Shown one piece after another: positions 48,302-60,460 of a DNA stretch of 64,000 nucleotides; within the stretch, counting starts at the first letter, position 1; each line of letters begins with the position of its first letter. The stretch comes from Camelus dromedarius (taxonomy: Eukaryota): the NCBI RefSeq assembly GCF_036321535.1, contig NC_087437.1, forward strand, positions 23,996,001-24,060,000, in the 5' to 3' direction. The notes under the pieces were generated by a model. The model was given only the letters and a program-made list of their open reading frames with translations. It did not search any database and was not told where the DNA came from. Position numbers and translations under genes: made by a program.

Positions 48302-50250
48302 AATAACCAATTCAAAAGTGCTATCATTGAAATCACTAGTAAAATATATCAATCTCTGCCCAGAGAAAGAGAAAAAAATAAAATTTACTGATGTCAGAAA
48401 TGCAAAAGGAAACAGTAGTGCATTTTCTGCAGGTATTTAAAAAGATAATAAAGCTCATATTATGAACAAATATTTGCTAGTGAATTTGACAACGTAGGTT
48501 AAACGGACAGTTTCTTTTAAAAGCAGAAGTCACCAAAACCAATACAGGAGGAGACAGAAAATTTGAATAGGCCTATCCTATCAAAAATATTTGGATCTGT
48601 AATTAAATCCTTCACATGCATATACCTATCCCTGCACAGAAAAACATGTTTAGATGATTTACTGTGGAACTTATCAAACTTTTATAATAGAAATAACATT
48701 TAAAGAGATTTTTTAAAGGGTAATTTTCCTACCTTGGTTTATACAAAATTTTGATGAAAAATTCTGAACAGAAATATAAAAAATATTTATAAACCAGTGA
48801 CTCTCATAAATATGGATGTAGTGATTCAAAGCAAAATATTGTCAAATTCATCAAGCAACGTATAAAAAAAGTTAGACTTCAGGAACAAGTTGTGGTTGTC
48901 CTGGAAATCTGAGATTAGTTTAACATTTTCAAAATACTGAGTATAGTTCCCCATGATAACAAAATAAGGAAGAAATTCATGTAATCCTTTCAGTAGTAGG
49001 ATTCAGAAATAGCATTTGGTAAAAATATAACACCTCTTTATGATAAAAATTATTTGTAAACCAACAATAAGCTTAAATTACTTTAAATGAAAGATACCAA
49101 GGATACAGCAAATAGCAAGCTCATTGGTTGTAAATATTAAAAAGTTTCCCTCAGAGACTGGGAATAAGGCAAAGACACCCACACTTAACCATGTTTATTC
49201 GTCATTGTCCTAGATATCGTAGCTATGACAATGAAGCACGAAGAAAGAAGTAAAGCCTAGAATAGAAGAAATAAAACTGTCCTTGTTCACACGTAGCATG
49301 GTATGTAAAACAGAAAAATCCTAAAAAACAAACAACTAGGTTTAGATAGTGAATTTAACAAGAGAATAAAGTCAATTTAAAACCAAAATAGAATATAGAA
49401 TTTTAAGAAATGGTACATTCACAGTAGCATCCATATAAACACGGGAATACATCTAGGAGTAAACAAATGGAGGGCTATGTAGTCTGAATGAAATGGAAAA
49501 ACCTCTGTAGTCAAGTTTCCTGAAATTGTTGTATTGACCTCACGGGTAAATGTAAAGTAGTTGTGAACGTGGGTACTCATTTTATTCGTATACTTTATAA
49601 CTTAATGCTTTCATAAATGTATTTATAATACATATATTTTATATGTATCAAATAGTAATGTAACTAACAAAAAACTAGGGATATAATATAAATGCGTCAA
49701 ATAAGTAATAACAAAATATTTTTATATGAAAAAATTGAATTTTATAGAATAAGCTCATGCAAATCAATAAATAATAGATGAATAGAAAAATATTTTTTAA
49801 ACCTTTAAAGAAACAGTCATTTTATTCAAAAACTATTTAAATGTATTAAACACATATGAAAAAAAGTGGGCAATCTCACATTTAATTGAAAAATATATAA
49901 AATATTTTATTGAAAAATATACAAAATAAAGGATTTATGCAATTTTTTTCTAATTTTTTTCTAATTAGGCAACATTTTTTAATATCTAGTTGGTGTGGAT
50001 TTAGAATCTCCCATAAAATAGTGGTAATATCGTAAGGTGGTAGAACATTCTTGAGAGTAATAGGGCAGTATCTTTCATAATGTAAAAACTTTGACCTAGG
50101 ACTTTATTAGCCAGAATGTTATTCTAAAGCCTAGAAACAATGTTATATAATTTGTGACGCATCTGGTATTTTTTAATTACAGTTTTCAGTAGAGGAGGGC
50201 TAGTGATGTAATTCCTTTACACTTAACATTTACAAAGCCAAAGTCAGTAT
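48130..50250 (+). mobile_element. Old sense L1 (L1ME-like) ORF2 and 3' fragments
   Basis: 'atattatgaacaaatatttgctagtgaatttgacaac', 'gaaatagcatttggtaaaa', 'tttccctcagagactgggaataaggcaaaga'. Confidence 0.85.
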
Positions 50251-50294
50251 TGTGCTCAACTGTGATGTTGTAGATTTCCCACAAAAATTAGAAG

Positions 50295-50926
50295 CTAGAT
50301 CCATCCATGTTGTTGCAAATGGCTAAAGTTTATTCTTTTTTTTTAATTGCTGAATAATAGTGCACTGTGTGTGTGTGGAGATATCCATCTATCTCTCTCT
50401 CTCTCTCTCCATCTCTCACATCTTCATTATCCATTCATCTGTTGATGAACACTTAGGTTGCTTCCGTATCTCGGCTGTTGTAGACAGTGCTGCAGTGAAT
50501 GAAAGGGCACATACCTTTTCAAATTCCACAAATGGATCTGAAAGGCATTATGCTAAGTGAAATAATTAAGACAGAGAAAAACAAATACTTTATGAGTTCA
50601 CTTATAAGTGGAATCTACAAAATAAAACAGTTGAACAAAGCAGAAACGGACTCACAGATACAGAGAACTAATGGGAGTTGCTAGAAAGGAGGGACAGATA
50701 AAACAGATGAAGGGAGTTAAGAGGTATAAAATTCTAGCTATAAAATAAGTCATGGAGATGTAATGTACACATAGGAAATACAGTCAATAATATTGTAACA
50801 GTTTTGTTTGATGGATGGTAACTGGTTGTATTGTGATTATTTCATACTGTATAAAAATATTGAATCACTATATTGTACACCTGAAACTAATGTAATATTA
50901 TATGTCAGTTGTAACTCAAAAAAAAA
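50295..50926 (+). mobile_element. 5'-inverted (twin-primed) L1 3' insertion
   Basis: Antisense piece 50295-50525 followed by sense piece about 50531-50926 (MDLKGIMLSEI...) ending in an A tail. Confidence 0.85.
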
Positions 50927-51244
50927 TAGGAACCAGTCAGAAAGTCATCACTTTAACTCAATTAGTTATATGTGTGTGTGTGAATATGGAGTGGTCTTTA
51001 GGGCATGTTAATGTGTCTTATTGTTAATACAAATTGATACAGACTTTGTGGCAGGAAGTTAAGAAATCTTCCCTTTGGAAACTCACATTTTGATGGTGAA
51101 CAGGAGACAAGTCGTTTACTGACAGGAGATGTTTCACTTTTAGATGCATGAGGAAATTAGGAAAGAGGTGCAGTGGCTTCTGTGAGGAATGAGGAGAGAA
51201 ATGAGTGGTGAAACACAGAGGAATGTCTGGGTAGTATTTAAGTT

Positions 51245-51355
51245 TATATTCATTTAATAAATATTTACTGATTACTCACTGTACCGGGAATAGGATATAC
51301 CAAACGAATGAACAAGACAGAATCCCTCTCCTCATAGAGCTTCCATGGTATGAAA
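51245..51355 (-). mobile_element. L2 3' end fragment
   Basis: 'ttcatttaataaatatttactga...gaatgaacaagacagaatccctctcctcatagagctt'. Confidence 0.8.
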
Positions 51356-52023
51356 TGTGACTATGATGTGAATTCTCACTTGATCTAAGAGATAGGGGAT
51401 TTCTTTTGTCATGTTGCTATCAAGCCATGAGATGCTCTGACAAAGGAATGTTGGTTTAAGGGAAGTGTCATCTGCAGAAGAACTGTAGTCTACCCACCCA
51501 AGAAGATAGCACTTTTGTAAATACGCCAAGTTCTGTGCATCGATGAACTGGTGCTCCGTTCTTTAAGGCTCAGAATCTCAAGTTTCACAGTCTATTGAAA
51601 GCAGGCTCTGTCAGCGGCAGATTCGTTTTAACTAGTCTTTCAATGCAAATGTCTAAAATCAGATTGCCAATTGAATTTAGAAGGGAGAGCAGCTTTCCCA
51701 GTGATGTGATTATTCATGCCAGCATGATCAGTGCAGTTTCTCTTTGTGGTCAGACTTCTTGGAAAGTCAAATCAGTCAGAGGGTTGCTTGGTGAATATTA
51801 AACCAGAAAAGGAGAAATTATATTGATGAATTGCTTAACAGCCATCTAAATTGCATGGCACACGTGAAACACATGGAGTTGTTCCTGTCCAACGTGTCTT
51901 TGAGGTTATTGGTGGAAACTGTGCATCTACACACATTTAAAAGAGACCTTGTTAGTGAGTTTGAAGATCAAAATTTAGTGCGCACTAGTCTCTCTCTGTC
52001 TCTCTGCTGCTATGCTTAGATGT

Positions 52024-52518
52024 TGTATGAGTTATGTATAACTACACAACAAATTAAACTAAAACACAAGCTTAAAACAACGAACATGTATTATCTCACA
52101 CAATTTCTGAAGGTCAGGAATCTGGGATTAGCTTTGCTGTAGTGTTCTGATTTAGAGTTTCATGAGTCAAACTATTAGCCAGGGCTGAAGTGTATTAGGT
52201 CTTGAATGAAGCTAGAAGATTTCTCATCTCACTTAAGTGGTGGGGATAGAAGAAGGCTTGTTTCTCACCACATGTACCTCCCCACGGAGACGCTTATGAC
52301 GTGACGTCCCCAGATCCAAGGAACAGAAGACAGGTAGCAACCAAGACAGAAGCCCCACTCTTTTATAAACCGGTCTTGGAGAAAACATACTATCATTTCT
52401 GCCATTACTTATTGGTCATTCCGACTAATGCTGTTACAATATGGGAGGGATCCTGTGGGATTTGAATACCAGGAGGCAGAAGTGACTGGAGATAGTCTTG
52501 GAGGTAACACCTACCTCA
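52024..52518 (-). mobile_element. MaLR LTR (MLT1G/H-like)
   Basis: 'gcttaaaacaac...attatctcacacaatttctgaaggtcaggaatctgg...catttctgccatt...gaataccaggaggca'. Confidence 0.8.
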
Positions 52519-53577
52519 GTTGGGCACAACTTCAGTTTTTCTCTTTGCTTCCAGATTAACCCAAACTGGCTTTCAGACCTTCTTCCTGACACTGTAGTAA
52601 ACTGTCAGTTAGGTTATTATATAGTCATGTGCACTTGGCCTGAGACTCAGCCTATCCCTTTGAAAAGATTTATTATGTATTATTTTTGAAGCTTAATTCT
52701 TGGATGAATTTCTTATTTCTTTTCAAGTTCTTGAAGGACCAATAATTTTTGTTAGCCAGTTATGAAAATGTCGCCACAAATGTGCATTAATGATTAGGTC
52801 TTAAGCGATTCTAATCAATACGTCATGTTGTAATTTGGCCATTTTCTTCACACTTGGTTCTATTCATATATCTTGTTATGTTTGCTTAACACTAGTGATG
52901 AATGCTAACCTTTTTTTCCCCCATTTTTTTTTTTTTGGCAGAATAGGGGAAGAAGTAATTTTAAACTAACTTCTGAATCTTTATATAATATTTAGAAATA
53001 CATGATTTAAAATTGACATTAGAATGAACGTTATATAACATGAGAATGAAAATACCACATGTGTAGATTTCATATATTATGTGGAAATTATACAATTATG
53101 CATACCTTTAAAATATTCATGCCTATATTGTGTAACCACTGAATGAAGTACTGTAACTTGGATAATGTATATTCTATTCACTTAACATTGAGGGCACTAG
53201 TCATAAATACTAAAAGCAAAGGGAGGCTTTGATAAATGACTCTTTAGTGATCGTTTGGTATATCTTAGTTTTAATGGAGGCCTGTGGAGCATGAAAGAGA
53301 TAACAAAACATCCCTTGAGAAAGTAAATACACTAAATATTGCTGTGAACTCGAAAAAATAAACGAACTAATGCTTTATTTAAGAACTATAACTTCTCAAT
53401 TAAAATGTAATACATTATTCATATGACCACCATATGGCAAAATATTTTTCCATTTACTTTCTAAATATAGTTTTATATTTCTTACTGTATTGCATACACT
53501 GGAGGAAATTATGTGTGAACACTTTTTAAGGTATTCAATACATCATTAGGTCAGGAGAAACTCCATTTTGATTAATT

Positions 53578-53652
53578 GTATATATATACACACGCACACA
53601 CACACACACACACAGAATATACGTTTGTGTGTGTGTACATATATATATATAT
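53578..53652. repeat. Compound (TA)n(CA)n...(TG)n(TA)n microsatellite
   Basis: Seen directly. Confidence 0.9.
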
Positions 53653-54039
53653 AAAACCATTCCTTATATTATGGTTGAAGTATAAAAGGAGTAAGAAATG
53701 CCAATGAACCCTCTCTAGTCAAACAAGAAATTTGGCCCAATAGTACTCCTAAATGTATTAATTTTTCTGAAAGAGTGGACTCACTGTACTGACTTCAGTA
53801 ACAGTGTTTGCTGCACCAAAACATATACAAATACTTTTCAGAGAAAATGTTTTCTTTATAGTTTTCAAAATAATATGACTTGCTACTGACAAAAACATGA
53901 ATACACAGAGCACATATTTATTGCATAATTATGTATTCTTTGCATATTTGCTTATTGATAATGATTTTCTTTTTTAGGGCCAGGATATTTAGGGCAGGGT
54001 TTGCCTTCTTGATTAGAACCCAGTTTTTTCTATTCTGGG

Positions 54040-57000
54040 TCTATTGAGATAGAATTTGACATATAACATTGTATAAGTTTAATGTGTACACTGTGATGAT
54101 TTGATACACATATACATTGGAAAATGATTACCACAATGGTGTCAGTTAACACCTCCATCGCATCACATAATTACCATTTCTTTTTTTTTTGGGTGAAAAC
54201 ATTTAGGATTTTGTTACTTTCAAATATATAATGCAATATTAACTATGGTCACCATACTGTACATTAGCTCCCCAGAACTTATCTTATAACTGGAAGTTTG
54301 GACCTTTTTACCAACATCTCTCATTTGTCTGATCTCCCAGCCCCTGGCAACCACCGTCTTACTCTGTTTCCATGAGTACAGCTTTTTAAGAGTCCATGTA
54401 TAAGTGATATCATACACTGCTTGTCTTTGTTTGATTTATTGCACTTAGAGTATAGCGTTCTTGAGGTTTATCCATGTTGTCAAAAGTGGCAGGATTTCCT
54501 TCTTTCTCATGGCTGCATAATATTCACACACACACACACACACCATCTTCTTTATCTATTCATCTGTAGACAAACACTTACATTGTTTCTATATTGGCTG
54601 TTGTGAATAATGCTTCCAGAACTTGGGGGTACAGATTTCCCTTTGATATTCTAATTTTATTTACTTTGGATGCATACCCAGAAGTGGATTGCTAGATCAT
54701 ATGGTAGTTATATTTTGTACATTTTAAGAACCTCCATATTTGCCAAGGTGACTGTACCAATTTACATTCTTACCAACAGTGCACAAGGATTCCTTTTTCT
54801 TCATATCCTCACTTGTTATCTCTTCTTTTGATAAAATACATTCTAATAGATGTGAAGTGTCCCACTATTGTTTTGATTTTCATTTCCTTGATAATTAGTG
54901 ATGTTGAGTATCTTTTCATGTGTTTGTTGGCAATTTGTTTATCTTCTCTGGAAGAGTGTTTATTCAGTTCCTCTGTCCATTTTTTAATTGGATTTTTTTT
55001 TTTAACTAATGAGCAAATAGTTTTATGAGTTCTTTATGTATTTTGGTTTTTAACCTTTTATTATATATATATGATTTGCAAATATTTTTCCCATTTGTTA
55101 GTTTCCTTTTTTATTTTGTGGATTGTTACTTTTGCTATGCAAAAGCTTTTTAGTTTGATGTAGTCCTGTTTATTTATTTTTGCTTTTGTTACTTGTGCTT
55201 CTACTGTCACATCCAAAAAATCATTGTCAGGATGTCAAGGAGCTCTTCCCTATGTTTTCTTCTAGGAGTTTTCGGTCTATGTTTAAGCCTTTAATCCATT
55301 TGGAGTTAATTTTTTGTGAGTGGTGCAAGATAGGAGTCCAGTTTCATTCTTTTGCATGTAACTATCCAGTTTTCTCTACACTGTTTATTGAAGGGACCCC
55401 TTTCCCCATTGAGTATTCTTGACACTCTGGTCAAATAGTGGTTGAAGATTTGTTTCTGAGCTCTTAATACTGTTCCATTGATCTATGTATCTATTTTTAT
55501 GCTAGTGTCATGCTGTTTTGGTTCCTGTAGCTTTCTAATATAGTTTGAAATCAGAAAGCAGATGCCTCCAGCTTTATTCTTCATTCTCAGGATTGCTTTG
55601 GCTATTGGGGATTCCTCAGGGGCTCCATAAAATTTTTAAGGTTTATTTGGGTCTTTTTTACTCATCCAGCCCCTCTATGCGTTTTGATTGGATAATTTAA
55701 TTCATTTACATTTAGAGTAATTACTGATTGGTAAGGACTTAGCAATGCCATCTTATTAGTTATTTTGACTGTTTTGTAGTTCCCTTGTTTCATTCTCCCT
55801 CTCTTGCTGTCTTCCTTTGAGAATTAATGACTTTTCATGGTGGCATGCTTTGATTTCCTTCTCTTTGTCTTTTGTATACTAGTGTAGGCTATTGCTTTCT
55901 GGTTGCCATGAAGCTTACATAAAACATAATATATAAAAAACCATCTGTTTTACACTGATATAACTTTGATCACACATAGAAACTCTACCCATTTACTACC
56001 CATTTTATGTTTTTGGTGTCATAATTTCTCTCTTTCATATTGTACATTCATTAATGAATTATTGTAGCTATAATTAATTTTAATATTTTTGTCCTTTAAC
56101 CCTTTTGCTAGAGTAAGTGGTTAATATACCACCATATTATTGTATTAGAATATTCTGAGTTTGACTATTACTTACCTTTGTCAGTGTGTTGTATATTTTC
56201 ATGTTATTAATTAGTGTCCTTTTATTTGAGCCTGAAGAACTCCTTTCAGGATTTGTTGTAAGGCAATTCTAATGGTGATGAACTCTGTTGGCTTTGTATA
56301 GGGAATTCTTTTTCTTTCTGTCATTTCTGAAAGACAGCTTTGCCAGAAAGAGTATTCTTGGTTACCAGTTGTTTTTTTTTTCCTTTCATTACTTTGACTA
56401 TATCATATTTACTCTCTCCTGGCCTGTAGGGTTTCTGCTAAGAAATATGCTAATAACCTTGTAGGGAGTTCCATGATGAGTTACAACCTTTTTTTCCTTG
56501 CTGCTTTTAAGATTCTTTTTTTGTCTTTGATGTTTGGTAGTTTTATTATAATGTGTCTTAAAGAAGGCTTCTTTAAGCTGAATTTAGTAACCTGTGAACT
56601 TCATGAACTTGGGTATCCAAAGTTTCCCAACTTTGGGAAGTTTTCAGCCATTATTTTAAAACTAAGCTTTCTGTCCCCTTTTCTCTCTCTTCTGCTTCTG
56701 GGACTCAAATAATTAGCAGATTGTTTCTTTTGCTGGTATCCCGTAGATCGTGTAGGTTTTCTTCACAATTTATTTCTTTTTATTCTCCTCTGACTGAATA
56801 CTTACAAAGGTCCTGCCTTCTAATTCACAGATTCTTTCTTTTGTTTGATACATTTTTCTGTCAATTCTTTTAGTTGCAGTTTTCATTTCATTCATTGTAT
56901 TCTTCAGCTCTAGAATTTGATTCTTCCTTATCTCTTGTTTCAATCACTTTGTTAAACTTCTCATTTCGTTCATATATTGTTTTCCCAACTTCTTTAAATT

Positions 57001-58290
57001 GTCTCCTGTGTTTTCTTGTAGCTCATTGTGCTTCTTTAAAACAGTTATTCTTTGAAACAGTTATACATTGCAGATACCCATGTCTTCTGGGTTAGGTACT
57101 GCCAGATTTTTGTGATCCTTGGTGGTTTCCTTGATTTTTCATGCTCCTAGAAGTCTTGTGTTGTTGTCTTTGCATTTGAAGTAGCAGTCACCTCCTCTAG
57201 TCTACTAACTGACACTAGAGGCAAACACCTTCTGTCAGCCCTCCTCGTGATCTGTGGCATTCTCAGACCTTCCATGGATACACCTGATCCATATTTCTTT
57301 CTCCCTCTGGAGCAGAATTTTTAAGCTTGCATTCCTTTTTATCAGTCCTGCAATGCACTCAGCCAGGTGCTGACAGTCTCCCTTTTGCTTTTCCAAGGGT
57401 GGATCAAAAGCTCAAGGTTGTGTTTTCTTCCTGTCCTGCAGATTTCGGACAGCTTTTTCCATGTGCTCATCCTCCATCTTCCAAAGCTTAGTGTCACCAC
57501 CATTGGGAGCGCACTCAGTGAGCCAGCCACAGGGTTTGGGCATATGTGAATTAGGTACCTGGAGAGCTGGTGGTGCCCAGGAGCCAGCTGGGGGAATCTG
57601 CAGGGGAAGCATCCCCAGCACCTATGGGTGGACTTCTTGATGGAGTCTGTGGTACAATTGGTAGGATCTGGTTCCTTCTAATGCCTTCCACGAGTCTTAC
57701 CTTCTGCTCTCTCAGCTTCTTCCCACTTTGCAGTCCTGCAGCTCATGACTCAGTACTCTGGATGGGGCAGAGAGAAACAGGCCTCTTTGGCATCTTCCTG
57801 CATAGCTGAGGAAGCTGGGCACTCACTCACATGCTCTCACTTCCCCTCTGGGCAAAATTTTGAACCAAAAAGGCCTCTTATGACCCTGAGCTGTGTTGCT
57901 TTGGGGGAGGGGTGAGGTAGGTAACGTCTAACTTTTTTTTTTTTTTTTAACCTTCCCCAGTGTATCCAAACTCATTTGTTTTTTGTTTGTTTTTGCTCTA
58001 ACAATGTGCTACTTAAAACCTGGACTTCCACAAAATCTCTCTCATTTTTATGTGATTGTCTACAACAGTGCTCCCGAGAGGCTCCTGGACTGTGGCCAAG
58101 AGGGGTTGGAGCCAGGACCAAGTCTATATGCCCATTACCTGATGCAGGGGTAGGCGAGACAACTCCTGGATCCTGGCATATGGTGCTGGATCCCACAGCT
58201 CCCACCAAGGCACTTTTGTCTGTGGATGAATGTTGTTGTTGAGGGACGATATGAGCAAAGGATGCCTGATTTGGTCATGTTACTAATGTC
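54040..58290 (-). mobile_element. L1 (L1MA-age) with 3'UTR and ORF2 end (54040-55640) joined to an inter-ORF/ORF1/5'UTR segment (about 55660-58290)
   Basis: Antisense L1 3'UTR and ORF2 C-terminus, abrupt switch at about 55650 to the ORF2 start/ORF1 region, then GC-richer 5'UTR-like sequence. Confidence 0.85.
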
Positions 58291-58744
58291 ATTTTCAGTT
58301 TTTAGTTACCTAAATATTTACAAATATTTAGTTCATCTCCACCAGGTTGATATTCTGCGATGAGGCAGAGATGGGGTAGGCTGGAGTGTCACAGAGGTTA
58401 CAGTTTGCAAAACCATAACAAAACCAGAGAACATTTATTCTTAACTCCATTACAAGATAGAAATGTGGACCCCAAAGGGGCTATTTGTAAATGTCTCCTC
58501 TACCAGCATTGTTTGATAGGTGGAGAATTGGTTCCATATGTATTCAAATATCAGGACCAGTCCAAGTCAAAAGATGTATTATTGCAGTATCCTTCCTCTT
58601 TATGCTCATTATGGGAAGGAACAAACCATAAAATGAGTGTGGTCAACCCATGCCCACCCAAACCATCAATTGGTATCACAAACAATGGAAAAATCTGTAT
58701 ATGTATGCACATCTTTTGAGGCTTACCAGACAAAGGCATTTCTG

Positions 58745-59065
58745 GTTCTTCTAGCATCTTCAGATTTACTAGGTAGCACCAAATTGCTCTCAGAATTGTA
58801 CTGATTTGCACTCTTACCAGCAATATAGGAGCTGTCATTTTCTTACATCTTTGCAAATGCTTCATATTATCCAGCCTTTTCATTTCTGCCAATCAGGAGA
58901 TGTGAAATAGTATCCCGTTGTAACTTGCGTTTCCTGATTGCAAGTGAAGTTGAACATCTTTTGTTTTCTCTTGGCTATTTTTTGGGCAAGACTCATATCC
59001 CTTGATCCTTTTTTTCTACTAGGAGATTTGTTTTTTATTAATGATTTAGAATAATTCTTTATGAA
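58745..59065 (-). mobile_element. L1ME-like fragment
   Basis: 'caccaaattgctctcagaattgtactgatttgcactcttaccagcaatataggag'. Confidence 0.8.
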
Positions 59066-59224
59066 TGAAACTTGTGTAAAAATTACATTAACTGTATTAT
59101 ACAACCAAATGAAGATTGGGAGAATTTTTATGGAGAAAACATTTTCCTTTTTCTCCTGTTGGTTGATAACCTGATATCCACTACTCTCTTGTAGGGACAG
59201 TGATGGATTATATATTATTTCTAT

Positions 59225-59716
59225 TCTCATTATTCATTCTATCTTTCTTACCAGCAAAATCTGATTTAAATGGAGGGGAAATGAATTCTTCTAAGAAGCT
59301 ACACTTTTCTGGCTCTCTTTGAAATATGGGCAGTCAGGTGACACAACATTCCCCTGTGGGATGAAAGTTGCTGGGCAGAATGCTGGAAAATCTTAAGAGG
59401 GGGCAGATTTACTGGAATGTAAGTTTAGCCCTCACTGCACTGATCTTCCCTGCCTGGACCACGGTCTCAGTGACAGAGGATGGTGGGGAATGTACTCTTT
59501 CACGGCCATGAGGGAAAAAGACACACCCCTGAGAATGCGGAGAAGGAAAACAGAAGGAACAGAAGTACTGAAGGTGTGGAGGGAGTGCCTTTGTCCTGGA
59601 CCTTCAGCTTCAAAAATTTCTTGCTAGAGGGAAAAAAAATAGTTCCTGATACGTAAAAAACCCATTCCATAAAGTTGCTGTTACACGAGGCTGAAGAGAA
59701 TTCCTAGCTGATGCAA
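59225..59716 (+). mobile_element. Old MaLR/ERVL LTR (MLT1J/LTR16-like)
   Basis: 'ctacacttttctggctctctttg...ggtgacaca', ends 'ctgttacacgaggctgaagagaattcctagctgatgca'. Confidence 0.65.
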
Positions 59717-59974
59717 GGGCCATAAGAACCTTGACTTTTGCGATGGAGAGAAACTCCTGTATCACCAGAAGTTACTTGCTAAGGAACTTTTTCATGTTTG
59801 CCATTATATATTTAGATAAGGTTTCTTCAGAAAAGAATGTATCACTCAAATATCGTAAATTTGATTAAATCACGGGAGGAGGGTTCCTGCCAGTAAATGT
59901 TGGCTGTTTTGTTGGTATATCTGGGGTGGAGACGAAAGGGATCAACCCTGAGACAGTTTACCCAGATGGACTGA

Positions 59975-60460
59975 TGACAGATTAGGTCACGTGTGACACC
60001 CAGAGTTGGCAGAGCTGGGGATGATGCCAAAAAGGCAAAATGAATAAAAACTGCTGCTTTTTTGAAACTTAGGTTCTAGTTTGGGGAGACAGATGATAAA
60101 TAGATCCCTGGTGAAATATGTAACTTTGATGGGGACTGGTAAGTTAAATGAAGAAAAACTAGGTGGCGTCCGGGGCCCCCAGCCCAAAGTGCGTGGGGGT
60201 TGGCCGAGAGGTGGCTCCCTCTTAGACAGAGATGCCAGCAAGGCTTTCCTGACCCAGGGACAGCTGAGCACCTGCACCGAGTGAGGGTATAAACCACGGG
60301 GCAGCTATGGGAGGAAGTCTTCCTGGCAGAGGAACTAGCAAGTGTGAAGCCCCCTGGGAGGGAACCTTGAGGAGCAGAGGAGGCACAAGGGAGAGTGGGA
60401 GGGAGATGAGGGGAGAGACAAGCTTGGGGACCACAGCATGTTGGTCCTAATAAGAACTTT
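59975..60460 (-). mobile_element. L2 LINE fragment
   Basis: 'gagctggggatg...aatgaataaaa...ttctagtttggggagacagat', 'cctggcagaggaactagcaagtgtgaagcccctg'. Confidence 0.8.
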
